Below, piece by piece: positions 1-10,326 of a DNA stretch of 64,000 nucleotides. Origin of the DNA: Deinococcota bacterium (GTDB lineage Bacteria; Deinococcota; Deinococci; Deinococcales; Thermaceae); assembly GCA_041695225.1 (NCBI GenBank), contig JBGFRI010000038.1:1-64000 (forward strand), given 5' to 3'. The position numbers and the translations under genes are program-made. Each line of letters starts with the position of its first letter. The stretch's first letter is position 1. Below the pieces are notes generated by a model. The model saw nothing but the letters and a program-made list of their open reading frames with translations. It was not told where the DNA came from and made no database searches.

Positions 1-29
1 ACCTATCAGCACCTTTTTAGGGCGACTAA

Positions 30-122
30 TCCATGCCCAGGTCTAATCACCCAGGGCACAACACCCGCTGAAGCTTTCGCCTGAAGGCGAGGGCTTTTAC
101 CCTCCCAAAGTCTGACAGTAAA
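30..122. mobile_element. Possible terminal hairpin region of an IS200/IS605-like element extending beyond the window
   Basis: Hairpins cccaggtctaatcacccaggg and ttcgcctgaaggcga followed by gggcttttaccc resemble IS200/IS605 subterminal structures; no transposase visible in the window. Confidence 0.3.
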
Positions 123-158
123 CAACCACGACCTGTAGCCCGACGAATTCATGAACTC

Positions 159-995
159 TTATTTTTTGCTGCCTGCAATCTCCAGATTAGACGCCCGCTT
201 CTCCACGAAGCGCCTCACGTAGTCGTTGGCGGGCTGGGTTAGGATCTGGTTAGGTGTACCCACCTGCACCAGCTGTCCATTGTAGAGTATCGCAATCTGG
301 CTGCCGATGCGCAGAGCTTCGTCGAGGTCGTGGGTGATGAAAATGATGGTTTTATGCAAGTCTTTTTGCAGCTGCAGTAGCTGATCTTGCATCTCGGTGC
401 GGATTAGGGGGTCTAGTGCGCTGAAGGGCTCGTCCATCAACAGCACGTCGGTGTTGGTAGCAAGCGCTCTGGCCAGGCCCACCCGCTGTTGCATGCCACC
501 CGAAAGCTCGTCTGGGTACTTCTGCTCGTAGCCCTCTAGCCCAACCCGTTCGAGCCAGGCCCGCCCGACCTCGAGCGCTACCCCTTTCTTTTCCCCGCGA
601 ATGATGAGTGGGAAGGCGACGTTTCCTAGCGCGGTCTTGTGTGGCATTAAGCCAAAGCTCTGGAAGACCATGCTCACCTTGCGGCGCCGCAGCTCTCGTA
701 AACCCCTGGCGTTGAGCTTGGTTACGTCCTGCCCGTCAATCAAAATTTCGCCGGCGCTGGCCTGGATCAGCCCGTTGAAGTGGCGCACCAGGGTGGACTT
801 ACCCGAGCCCGACTGTCCCATGATAACGAAGACCAGCCCTGCGGGAATTGAAATGGTCACATCCTGTAGGGCTACCGTACAGCCTGTACGTCGCAAAACT
901 TCTTCTTTCTCGACCCCCTGCAAAGCCAGGGCTAGACCTTCTTTTTTACGGCTACCGAATACCTTGTAGACGCCCTTGGCTTCTACCTTATTCAT
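159..995 (-). CDS. proV: Glycine betaine/proline ABC transporter ATP-binding subunit (no CBS domains)
   Basis: Walker A GQSGSGKS, signature LSGGMQQRVGLARAL, LMDEPFSALDPLIR; operon with permease and substrate-binding protein. Confidence 0.9.
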   Translation of the reverse strand: MNKVEAKGVYKVFGSRKKEGLALALQGVEKEEVLRRTGCTVALQDVTISIPAGLVFVIMGQSGSGKSTLVRHFNGLIQASAGEILIDGQDVTKLNARGLRELRRRKVSMVFQSFGLMPHKTALGNVAFPLIIRGEKKGVALEVGRAWLERVGLEGYEQKYPDELSGGMQQRVGLARALATNTDVLLMDEPFSALDPLIRTEMQDQLLQLQKDLHKTIIFITHDLDEALRIGSQIAILYNGQLVQVGTPNQILTQPANDYVRRFVEKRASNLEIAGSKK

Positions 996-1903
996 GCCCC
1001 TTCTCCTCTAAGGCGTTTGAACAAGCTGGGTAAGCTACCCGTTCTTGCCAGTAGTTGACGCCGCCGCCTTGCGTCCATCCCGTAAGCCTGGGTGATCCGG
1101 TCTATCACAATGGCCAACAGTACGATCGCTACACCGCCTTTCAGACCAGTGGCAATGTCCAGATTGGCGATTCCCTGTACCACCGCCTCACCCAGTCCGC
1201 GCGCACCGATCAAGGTTGCCAGCACCACCATAGCCAGCGCCATCATCACAGTCTGGTTCATTCCGGCCATGATGCTGGGTCGTGCCAGCGGGAGCTGGAT
1301 CTTCAATAGCAGTTGTAGCGGCGTGGTGCCGAAGGAGTTGGCGGCTTCTACCACCTCGCGGTCTACCTGACGGATTCCCAGATCCGTAAGGCGGATTAAG
1401 GGCGGAAGCGCGTATACAACAATAGCGAAGATAGCGGAGACCTGCCCCACCCCCCACAGGAAGATCATGGGGATCAGGTAGACAAAGCTGGGCATGGTCT
1501 GCATTACATCCAGGACGGGGATGGTGGCGGCCCGCAACCAATTGCTCCTGGATATCAGGATTCCTATCGGCAGACCCACCATAACGCACAGTACGGTCGA
1601 GACCAACATCAGTGCAGTGGTGGACATCAGCTTGTCCCACAACCCAAAGCTGCCCACCAGATATAAGCACAGCACCAATGCAACCGTGGTGATCCAGCGC
1701 CTGGTGGCGTGGTAAGCAATCAGCCCCACAATCATAAGGATCAGCCAGGGTGGCGCAGCCCGCAGGGTGTCTTCCAAAGGTATTAGGAAGCCTTGAAGCA
1801 GGAATGTTCTTATGGCATCGAAGACAAAGCCGTAGTCGCGCACGAACTCGCGGAAAGCGGCCTCGAGGGGAGCGAAACTGATGTGAATAAAGATGGTATC
1901 CAT
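992..1903 (-). CDS. proW: Glycine betaine/proline ABC transporter permease
   Basis: LDVMQTMPSFVYLIP and EAA loop EAANSFGTT; hydrophobic. Confidence 0.9.
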   Translation of the reverse strand: MDTIFIHISFAPLEAAFREFVRDYGFVFDAIRTFLLQGFLIPLEDTLRAAPPWLILMIVGLIAYHATRRWITTVALVLCLYLVGSFGLWDKLMSTTALMLVSTVLCVMVGLPIGILISRSNWLRAATIPVLDVMQTMPSFVYLIPMIFLWGVGQVSAIFAIVVYALPPLIRLTDLGIRQVDREVVEAANSFGTTPLQLLLKIQLPLARPSIMAGMNQTVMMALAMVVLATLIGARGLGEAVVQGIANLDIATGLKGGVAIVLLAIVIDRITQAYGMDARRRRQLLARTGSLPSLFKRLRGEGA

Positions 1904-1975
1904 CTGTATGTCGTCGTCGGATCACTTATAGTTAAGACACTCTCCTGGCAATTAGCCAAATTGCTATCAGCAGTG

Positions 1976-3004
1976 TTATCTCAGACTTGCTATTACCCTG
2001 GCTGCAACGTCAGCAGGCACCCACCGGGTCCACATATCCTGCTGCTCGACCAGGAACTCGCGCGCCACCTGGGCTACGGGCTTCCTGTAAATGCCGATCT
2101 CGGCAAGAATCTGATTGAAGAAGGCCAGTGGGAACTGCACCTGTGATAGCAGATCGTTGATAACGTCATCAGCCGGAAGGGTACTGGACACACCAAACCT
2201 GAGGTTGATGGAAGGGTAAGCGGAGCCGCAGGGGCGGGGGTGGTTGGGGTCCATCAGGGTCGACCAGCAGGCCTCGTTGAATTCGGGCTCCTCGAGGCGT
2301 GTAACGTCGAAGCGCGCCATTAAGCCGGAGGGAGCCCAGTAGTAGAAGAAAATCGGCCGTCCGCGTTCATAGGCCCCCGCAATTGCGGCGTCTAAGGCCG
2401 CACCACTCCCTGGCCTGAAGTTTACAAAGTATCGGTCTAAGCCGTAGGCTCTTAGCTTCTGGTTGTTGATCCTTTCACACGTCCAACCAATAATGCAGTT
2501 GTAAAAACGCCCCAGATGAGGGCGCTCGGGATCCCTGAAGATGTGTCTGTATCGTACCAGGTCGGTTACGCTCCGGAGGGTCGGGGCAGCAGGGGAAATA
2601 TTGCGCTGGGCGTCACCTTTGATCACATAGGTTGGGACGAACCAGCCCTCCACCGTACCACCATCAAGAATATTGCCAACCAGGCGCACCCTGCCATCGG
2701 CAATACCCCTGGCGACTATGGCACTCCTCCCTTCCCACTGCTCGCCCCAGATCTGCAGATCGCCCGCGACCAGCGCAGTCTCGGTTACGGCGGAGCTGCC
2801 CAACACTACTTCGGTCCTACAGCCATAACCTTTTTCCAGGATGTAGCGCAACACCTCGGTGGTAAACTGGCCACTCTCCCAGGTAATTCCGGCAAACTTG
2901 ACAGTTCTTCCGGCCGCACAGTAGGCCGAAATGGTCTGGGCTTGAGCGCCCATGACCGATGCCAGCACCCCAGCTAAGAGCAACCCTATCATGGACTTTT
3001 TCAT
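1976..3004 (-). CDS. proX: Glycine betaine/histidine-type ABC transporter substrate-binding protein
   Basis: Signal peptide, WESG, YNCIIGWTC, FYYWAP motifs of the ProX/OpuAC-like family; RBS ggagg. Confidence 0.85.
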   Translation of the reverse strand: MKKSMIGLLLAGVLASVMGAQAQTISAYCAAGRTVKFAGITWESGQFTTEVLRYILEKGYGCRTEVVLGSSAVTETALVAGDLQIWGEQWEGRSAIVARGIADGRVRLVGNILDGGTVEGWFVPTYVIKGDAQRNISPAAPTLRSVTDLVRYRHIFRDPERPHLGRFYNCIIGWTCERINNQKLRAYGLDRYFVNFRPGSGAALDAAIAGAYERGRPIFFYYWAPSGLMARFDVTRLEEPEFNEACWSTLMDPNHPRPCGSAYPSINLRFGVSSTLPADDVINDLLSQVQFPLAFFNQILAEIGIYRKPVAQVAREFLVEQQDMWTRWVPADVAARVIASLR

Positions 3005-3984
3005 ATATTTCCCTCCGTAATTCTGAGCACGGTATGCGTGGCAAGGGTTGGCGATTGATGGTAGTGGCGGATGGTTTGTCTAATCACACGGTTTACAAGC
3101 TATCTTCGTTCAGTGGCAATCTTGTGGCTGCTAGGTGAGACAAGTGAAATGTACGTACTCGCTACGGTAGCATCTGGATAAGTAAATAAGCTTGTAGTGG
3201 GCCCTTAAAATGAGACCACGGGTTAAGACGGCTTGCGGTTGAGACTGGGTTTTATAGTTGTTCGAGTCACGAAATTCTGATAATAACTCAAAGCGTAGGT
3301 AGTTCTGGAGATAATCGGAGGAGTTACTGAACATCATGACGCTTACGCGCCAACCAGCTTGGTTGCTTCGGAGGCGAGGACTATGACAGATTTACCGCTG
3401 AGGGTGGCGATCTATGAGTGATTCGGCGGGTTAGGAGTTGGATTCTAACTGAACTTCCCCCTCCTTGAGTCGCTACGAAGCCTGGTAACCTCCTGTGTAG
3501 AATGGGATTTTTCGTATATGCAGTCAGCATTTTGCCGAGACTACGGCGGCTGGTGTCCAGCGAGTTCCACCAGCCCAGTTGTTGTAGCTCCTGCTGGATG
3601 CCCTTACCGATCTAGCCTAAGGTCCACTGCCACTCAGATAGGTACTCCTGGCCCAGCTCAAGCCGGATCTAGCGCATCTTGTAACCTGGAATAGGGAGGC
3701 CGCACGGCGGACCGGTTGACCCAAGGTGTGCCCGACCGTGTCGAAGCGTGGGCCGCCGTGCACCGGACTTGGTACTCAGCGCGGTGATGCGGGCCTTCGT
3801 GCTTGGGCCAGACCCCAGATTTTGAACAGCAACCAGGGGTGGTCCCCTTCGGGCCGGGACAAGCCCGTACACCAACCCAGGCTAGGCCCTAGTCCCGTCC
3901 TGACAGTGGGGTTCACCTCAGTGGGTTTCAATTGGCCGAAGCTCAACCTTTCAATTAGCCGGGGTTTCAGGTTACGATCAGCCG

Positions 3985-5231
3985 ATGTCCCCAACCGCTC
4001 TCTACCCACGCTATATCGAGCCCCGACTGCTCGAATCCTTGGAGGACTCGCCGGTGGTGCTGATCCACGGCCCCCGGCAGTGCGGCAAGACCACCTTGGC
4101 GCAGGTGGTGGGTATGCCCCTGGGCTACACCTACTTCAACTTCGACGAAGAGGTACTGCGCGGTGCGGCCGAGGCTGACCCGGTGGGCTTGGTCGCCAGT
4201 CTACCAGAGCGGGCCATACTGGATGAGGTCCAGCGTGTACCAGGGCTCTTTTTGGCCCTGAAGACGGCGGTTGATCGCCGGCGCACAGCGGGCCGTTTCA
4301 TGCTAACTGGCTCGGCCAGTGTGCTGCTGGTACCGAAGCTCGCCGACTCGCTGGCCGGCCGTATGCAGCTCCTGCGCCTCCACCCCTTATCGCAGAGCGA
4401 GCTGGCGGGGCAGAAGGCAAACTTTCTCGACGCACTGTTTGGGGGTGGGTTCAAGACCCGCAGGTATGAGCGCTTAGCGGACGAGCTTGTCGAGCGCATC
4501 GTGGCGGGGGGTTACCCGGCAGCACTGGCACGTCCGGCAGGGCGGCGGCGGGCAAGGTGGTATCACGACTACGTCGAGGCGCTGGTTCAGCGCGACGTGC
4601 GCGACCTGGCCCGCATCAGCGCACTGGACGCGCTGCCGCGCCTGCTAGCCCTGGCCGCCTCGCAAACGGCCCGCCTGCTCAATGTCAGCGACCTGGCCGG
4701 TCCGTTTCAGCTCAGCCGACCGACCATCCGCGACTACCTCACGCTGTTGGAGCGCGCTTTCTCCTGGAGACGCTCCCGCCCTGGCATAACAATCGTCTGA
4801 GTAGACTGATCAAGACGCCCAGACTGCACCTCGGTGATACCGGGCTGGCCTGTGCACTGCTCGGCATCGAGGCCTCCGGGCTCAAGGCCGATCGCACCAT
4901 GCTCGGCCAACTCCTGGAGACGTTCGTTTTTCAAGAGCTGCGCCGCCAGGCTAGCTGGCACGATGCCCCGCTGAGCTTCTATCACTACCGTGACAAGGAC
5001 GGAGCCGAGGTGGACATCGTGATCGAGCGTGGCGCCCAGCTGCTCGCTGGGGTTGAGGTGAAGGCGGCAGCCACCGTGACCCAGGCTGACTTGCGCGGCC
5101 TTCGCAGACTGCAAGACGCATCGGGGAAGCGTTTTGCTGGAGGCGTGGTGCTTTATGATGGCGAAGTGAGCGTGAGCTTTGGCGCTGGGCTCTACGCTGT
5201 GCCACTGCGCTCGCTATGGGAGGCGGTATGA
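3985..5231 (+). pseudogene. AAA_14/DUF4143 ATP-binding protein, frameshifted near 4760
   Basis: GPRQCGKTT, ILDEVQ, LTGS in ORF 3985-4800; C-terminal YRDKDGAEVDIV...VEVK in ORF ending 5231; one base appears missing at gctttctcctggag. Confidence 0.8.
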
Positions 5232-5456
5232 CAGGTGTTCGTACTCTTCGTACATCGGCTCGGTGCCCGGTCTTGTGAGTGGCCCGAAAGCAGCGCGCAG
5301 ATCAGGGTGAGTCGGCAGCCGGCTACATGTCCCGCGCATCACCACCAATCGCCGGTTACAGTGGCTGTGCCTCGGGAGGAGGAACGGCCGTCTGGGTACA
5401 GGGTGGTGCAGGGGTCTTGCACGCGCTCAAGGCAGCGGGTAAGGCTGAGTAGCTCA

Positions 5457-5820
5457 ACCCCGCACCCACTTCCACACCGTGCTGCTGGATACCCCATAAG
5501 GTGTCGAGGGTCTAGGGTCGAGGGTCGAGGGAAGATTTGATCTTCGGCCAGGCTACTGTCCTATCGGTACTTCCTGCCCAGGCTATGGGTGGAGGCACTG
5601 GTCTTGTGGTACTCGGCCAGGATGGCTGCGCGCAGGGCTGGGTTACCGGGTGGTCCGGGCTTCAGGCGGGGAATGTAGTGATTGCACTCCACACGCCTGT
5701 TTTTGCGGCTTTTATTTGGACCCTCAGCGTGAATGCACCTGTACTCCCGGCCAGAGAATGCGCTACCAGAGCCGGATCAGCGGGCCTCTGCTGGACCGGT
5801 TTGACCTGGTGGTGGAGGTA
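5457..5820 (+). repeat. Copy 1 of a ~340 bp direct repeat (comM junction), copy 2 at 10327-10664
   Basis: Near-identical sequence from ccgcacccacttccacaccg to ctggtggtggaggt. Confidence 0.9.
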
Positions 5821-6153
5821 CCCCGCCTGACCCCACAGGAGCTATCACGGGCTGCTGAGGGGGAGTCCACGGCTGTGGTCAGGGCAAGGGTGCTGGCGGC
5901 CAGGGAGCGGATGGTGAGGCGGCAGGGCAGGCTGAATAGTGAGCTCTTAGGTAGAGGCCTGAGGCAGCAGACCCTGCTCTCTTCTGGTAGCGAGGCTTTG
6001 TTACAGGCGGCTACTAAGAGGCTGGCCCTTACTGCCAGGAGTTATGACCGTACTCTGAGGGTGGCGCGTACCATAGCTGATTTGGCGGGGGCGGAGAGTA
6101 TACAGGAGGTACATCTGGCTGAGGCTTTGACTTATAGGAGGAGTCTGGGGTGA
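5696..6153 (+). pseudogene. comM: 3' half of comM/YifB Mg-chelatase-like AAA ATPase
   Basis: CxCGF...[43 protein letters not shown]-terminal two thirds absent. Confidence 0.9.
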
Positions 6154-6712
6154 GGGTGGGCTCTTACCGGGTAGTGGTTGTGTGGATGGGCTCGAGCCCC
6201 GATCAGCCAATACCGGTTTCGTGGCAAGTTGTGTACAGCAGGCTAATGGCTCGGATGTACAAGCGCTTCGACATCGGACTCATGGCGTATCTCCATGGAA
6301 CCGGGGTAAGTTTCGATAACAGTTTAGATGGCGCGATTCGCCTTCTCGGCTGCTGCGTCGAATCTCTGCTAGAATCTTGAGTTTGTACGCTGGCGAAAAC
6401 CTGCGCGGCAGTCTCACTTCCGAGCTAGCATGCTTTGACATGGCGGTGACCGCATCCATTCTCTCTTCCTCTCATGCCCCCTGATCGAGAAACCATCTTG
6501 AAAGACCGGCAATCAACAATCTGGCACAGAGGGTATCGCCAGCAGCGCCTGAGCAATCAGGCTTTGCTGACGTAGACCCTTCATATCCAGGCAGCGTGCC
6601 AGGCAGTGTGAGGTTGTGCTAACATCGAGCATAGGGCCTCCGTTGGCTGAGGTCATTAGTAAAATCTACCAGCGCAGCCCCCAACAGTTTTGGCGAAGGT
6701 TAGGAGAAAAAC

Positions 6713-7003
6713 ATGAACGAGAAAGAACTGTACCAACAGAAGAAGCAGGCCCAGCTGGACGAATGGAAAGCAGAAGTAGACAAGTTCAAGGCAAAGGCCT
6801 CAGAAGCCAGTGCTGACGCGCAGATGGAATTGAACAAGCAGATCGAAGCACTCGAAGGCAAGATCATGGAAGGCAAGGCCAAGCTGGCCGAAATCGCGGC
6901 CGCAGCTGATGACGCGTGGGAGTCGATCAAAGGCGGGATGGAGTCCGCATGGAATTCGATGAAGTCTGCTTTCAGCGAAGCATTCGACAAGTTCAAGAAA
7001 TAG
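6713..7003 (+). CDS. Small coiled-coil stress-type protein (Sll1863-like), integron gene cassette
   Basis: QAQLDEWKAEVDKFKAKA...DAWESIKGG; preceded by GTTAGGA at 6699 and followed directly by attC. Confidence 0.8.
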   Translation: MNEKELYQQKKQAQLDEWKAEVDKFKAKASEASADAQMELNKQIEALEGKIMEGKAKLAEIAAAADDAWESIKGGMESAWNSMKSAFSEAFDKFKK

Positions 7004-7005
7004 CT

Positions 7006-7067
7006 GCCTAACAACCGGTTGCAGCGGACGGTCCGCTGCGCGCCGCCGCTGAACTGGGACGTTGGGC
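7006..7067 (+). mobile_element. attC recombination site
   Basis: R'' GCCTAAC at 7006, R' GTTGGGC at 7061, L boxes ggttgcagcgg / ccgctgaact with an extrahelical base, central hairpin. Confidence 0.85.
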
Positions 7068-7092
7068 GGTGTGAGTATCCACAGGAAGTGGT

Positions 7093-7941
7093 ATGGATCG
7101 ACCGAAGTTTTTGCTAAACCGGCTTCGTGAACAGCTGTAGGTGAAGCCGCTGTCGATCTGTCTGATTTCGATCGCCGCAGTGCTCGCGGTCAAAGCGGCC
7201 GATGACACGCGGCTGCATGAGATCGCGCCCGCAATCTCGACTGAACCGATAGAGGCCCTGCTGTCGATCATGGCCGCAAGCATGCTGGTGATTGCCACCT
7301 TTGCCGTGGCGTCGATGGTGGCGGCTTACGACTCGACGAGCAGTACGGCGACGCCAAGGTCCTTCGGACTAGTTATCGCTGATGACGTGTCGCAGAACGC
7401 GTTATCCACCTTCGTAGGTGCGTTCATTTTCAGCATCGTCGCGCTGACAGCTGTGAAAAACGACTTCTATGAGGCGGCGGGCCGGGTTGTCCTATTCGCG
7501 CTGACCGTGGGCGTCTTCGCGGTGGTGGTGATCACCTTCGTGCGATGGGTGGACCGCATCGCGCGACTCGGTCGGCTGGAAACTACGATAGACAAGGTGG
7601 AAAAAGCCGCGACGGCCGCGCTTCTGCGGCGAGGCAAGAATCCGGCGCTCCGTTGCGTTCCCGCGAAGCAGCCAGTACCGACGGAGGGGCGGCCGGTGTT
7701 CGCGTCGGCGATCGGCTACGTACAGCAGATTGATGTCGCGTCGCTTCAGGCTTTCGCGAAGAAAGCGGGCTGCCGGGTCGTGGTCGCGGCGCTGCCGGGC
7801 ACCTTCGTGACACCGGACCGGCCTTTGGCATACGTCCTCGACCAGGGGGCCGAGATGAAAGGTGAGCCGGTGACGCAGGCCTTTATGATCGGGGGCGAGC
7901 GCGTGTTTGACGACGATCCGCGCTTCGGCTTTGTGGTGTGA
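7093..7941 (+). pseudogene. DUF2254-family membrane protein, in-frame stop at 7138 and 3' truncated
   Basis: MDRPKFLLNRLREQL*VKP, ATPRSF, LSTFVGAFIFS, GYVQQID, DDDPRFG; starts just after attC. Confidence 0.75.
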
Positions 7942-8183
7942 GGTGGACCCCTCTGTCAAGACAGAATTCGGGCCTGGTCTAAGCGACACTCCCCCCCTTC
8001 CATTAGTATTGCATGAGGCTTGGTTTGGACGTTCTGGATGACCGGCTGGGTTGAACCAGAGTACACCCTTCACTTCGTTCATGGCAGGCTCTCGGCAGGG
8101 GTCTGATAGTTGAGCGATTGATGCGGCCGCTGGTGATTGTAGAACTCCAGATAGGAGCTGATGCCACTTCTGGCTTCTTTAGA

Positions 8184-9197
8184 CCGAAGTTCCAGTGGCC
8201 GAAGTGAACGAAACCCTGATCCTGTCTGAGAAAACCCCTGATTGGGCAATACTCGTTCGTGTCTACATGCGGTAGGAGACCTGGAGCAGATCGAAGGCCC
8301 GCTGCTGGAGGGCGGTCGGGGTGGTGGTCATCTCAAGGGTTGCACCCCCTGGGGTCTTCAGCTCTAGCCGGTTCTTAGCAATGGTGGCCAGGTCAGATAG
8401 CAAGGTCTGGAAGTTGTGGACCGGCAGCCCGATGTCAGTCTGCTTGGTCTGAGCTTTCCGCCGCGCTCGCAGGGAACGCTGCGCCGGTGCCACCTCCGAG
8501 TTGCGCAGAGCCTGCCCTGAGCTTGTCGAATGGGTGGCCGCGCACCCGCTCCTCCAGCCGGTGATAGATGGGGCGGATCAGCAGGTCCAGGCTCCCCAGG
8601 GTGCGGAAGGCACGTTCCACAGCGGAGAGGCGTTTGTAGGCCCGTACAGTCTGTTCGGTGCCCAGGGCCTGTTCGGGCACGCTGCTGCGAATCACATAGA
8701 CTCCATCCAGGGCGGCCTCCTGGGCGATGCGGGCGGTGTCCCGCTGGTAGGAGAAGGCCTGGTCAGTGATCTGCAGGTGAAAGTGCTTGTCCACCCTATA
8801 CCGGTGGAGCACTTTGCCCACCCGCAGGGCGATCTGCTCTCGTCCCCGTAGCGGGCGAGAGGTGCGCCGGGTGGCCTGGACGACCCTGTCCAGCTCCTGT
8901 TCGGTGGCCTGCAGCAACTCCTCCCGCTTGCGGCTGCGCTCTGTGGCCAGCAGGGGATTGCGACAGACCACCAGCCGCTCTCCCGGATACTCGGGGGAGG
9001 TGATCTCGGCCAGGCCTGCCCTGAGCACGGCGAATGGGCCGCGCTGGTCAAAGAGGGATGGCTGCAAGGCTCCATCTTCGACGAGCTGACGGATCTGGGG
9101 GGCTCGCAGCGCGGTGATCCAGTCCAGCTGGGCCGAGATAAGCTCTACTTGGATACGGGCCTGGGTAATCATCCCCCGGTCACCCACCAAGACTTGT
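8184..9197 (-). mobile_element. IS1634-family transposase remnant (C-terminal part, internal deletion) with probable right end
   Basis: VGDRGMIT, ERLVVCRNP, LDGVYVIRS, YKRLSAVERAFRTL, IRPIYHRLEERVRGH, TTPTALQQRAFDLL; end-like ggaacttcgg. Confidence 0.85.
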
Positions 9198-9266
9198 AGC
9201 GAGCGAAACGTGGCTACCAGCCGCTCTCTCGGTCTTCCTACAAGCTCTACTGATCAGCCAGGTGCG

Positions 9267-9680
9267 CTAGCCCTTGCTCCTTGCCGGGTTGAGCACCTCC
9301 AGCGCGAAGTATGCACCATACCCCTCATCGCGACTGATGAGGCCAAAGCCAGCCACTACCGCGTGGGCACCGATCAGAAAGTCCGCCAGCATCCGACCCT
9401 TGGGGCCACCCCGCTGTTTATAACGCCGGTAGGCCTGACCTGCCAGAAAAGAGGCTGCCACAGGGATGGGGTCCCGCCGGAAAAGCGCCTCGGGCAGCAG
9501 CGCCTCGAGCTCTTCCAGCGAGTCCAGCAGCGCCGCGACCTCCGCCAGGACCACCGGGTTGACAACCAGCACCCCCTGTTCGGCGCAGCGTGAGAGCAGT
9601 TCCTTAGAGCTCTCCCCGAAGGTTGCATCCGCCCCGATCACATCGAGCAGTACACTGGTATCGACCAGCCAGTGTTTCAT
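9267..9680 (-). CDS. vapC: PIN-domain toxin (VapC)
   Basis: LVDTSVLLD, ADFLIGAHA, LISRD; overlaps antitoxin stop. Confidence 0.9.
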   Translation of the reverse strand: MKHWLVDTSVLLDVIGADATFGESSKELLSRCAEQGVLVVNPVVLAEVAALLDSLEELEALLPEALFRRDPIPVAASFLAGQAYRRYKQRGGPKGRMLADFLIGAHAVVAGFGLISRDEGYGAYFALEVLNPARSKG

Positions 9681-9892
9681 TCGCGGAGCAGCTTCAACAA
9701 CTCGTCCGTACCCTGTCCGAAGCGCTTCTGGCCATAGAGCCGCTCTACCGCGCGGCGCCTGCTTCCGGGCTTCCTGACCAGCAACAGGGTCTCATCCCGG
9801 ACGACGAACTCAACCTCCGTCTCAGGCAGAAAGCCAAACTGTTCACGCAACTCTTGCGGGATGGTAACCTGGCCCCGCTCACTCACCTTCAT
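9677..9892 (-). CDS. vapB: AbrB/MazE-type antitoxin (VapB)
   Basis: KVSERGQVTIPQELRE; RBS aggag. Confidence 0.9.
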   Translation of the reverse strand: MKVSERGQVTIPQELREQFGFLPETEVEFVVRDETLLLVRKPGSRRRAVERLYGQKRFGQGTDELLKLLRE

Positions 9893-9959
9893 GCTCTCCT
9901 CCTCAGCCTGAGCCTAGCTAAATATGAATTCATACTACAATAATACCATGCTACCGCCA

Positions 9960-10295
9960 AGGGTTTATCTCCTCGATGGGCTGTACGGCTACGCTGGGCG
10001 GTATGGCTGGACGCAGGGGCAGGTGGGTCAGTACTGTGTAAACCTCGGCCACAGGTGTAGGTAGCTACCAGGGCCTGGTGGGCTCTCTCGAGGGTCTGCT
10101 CGAGCCACTCCCAGGCCGCGGTGTGGGCAGGGCGCGACTCTATGAAGGCTGCGATGAGGGTCGAGGTATCAAAGAAGAGACTCAGCGGGAGAGTTCGTCA
10201 GGCGTTCTTCCCGCAACTGGCTTAGGGCCTGGCCGAGGTCGGCAGTAGCCTGGCTTTCAACGACCAGGACTTGTCCCTTCCGGCGCAAAGGGCGC
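9960..10295 (-). pseudogene. Second, degraded vapBC pair (antitoxin C-terminal fragment plus frameshifted PIN fragment)
   Basis: Manual minus-strand translation gives [12 protein letters not shown]...LREERL then LFFDTSTLIAAF...AEVYTVLTHLP. Confidence 0.65.
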
Positions 10296-10326
10296 CGGGT
10301 ACAGGGCTGACCGAGGCTTCATCTAC

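Noticed and set aside
3131..3337. 68-aa ORF upstream of proX
   Set aside because: No motif or RBS; likely AT-rich promoter sequence.
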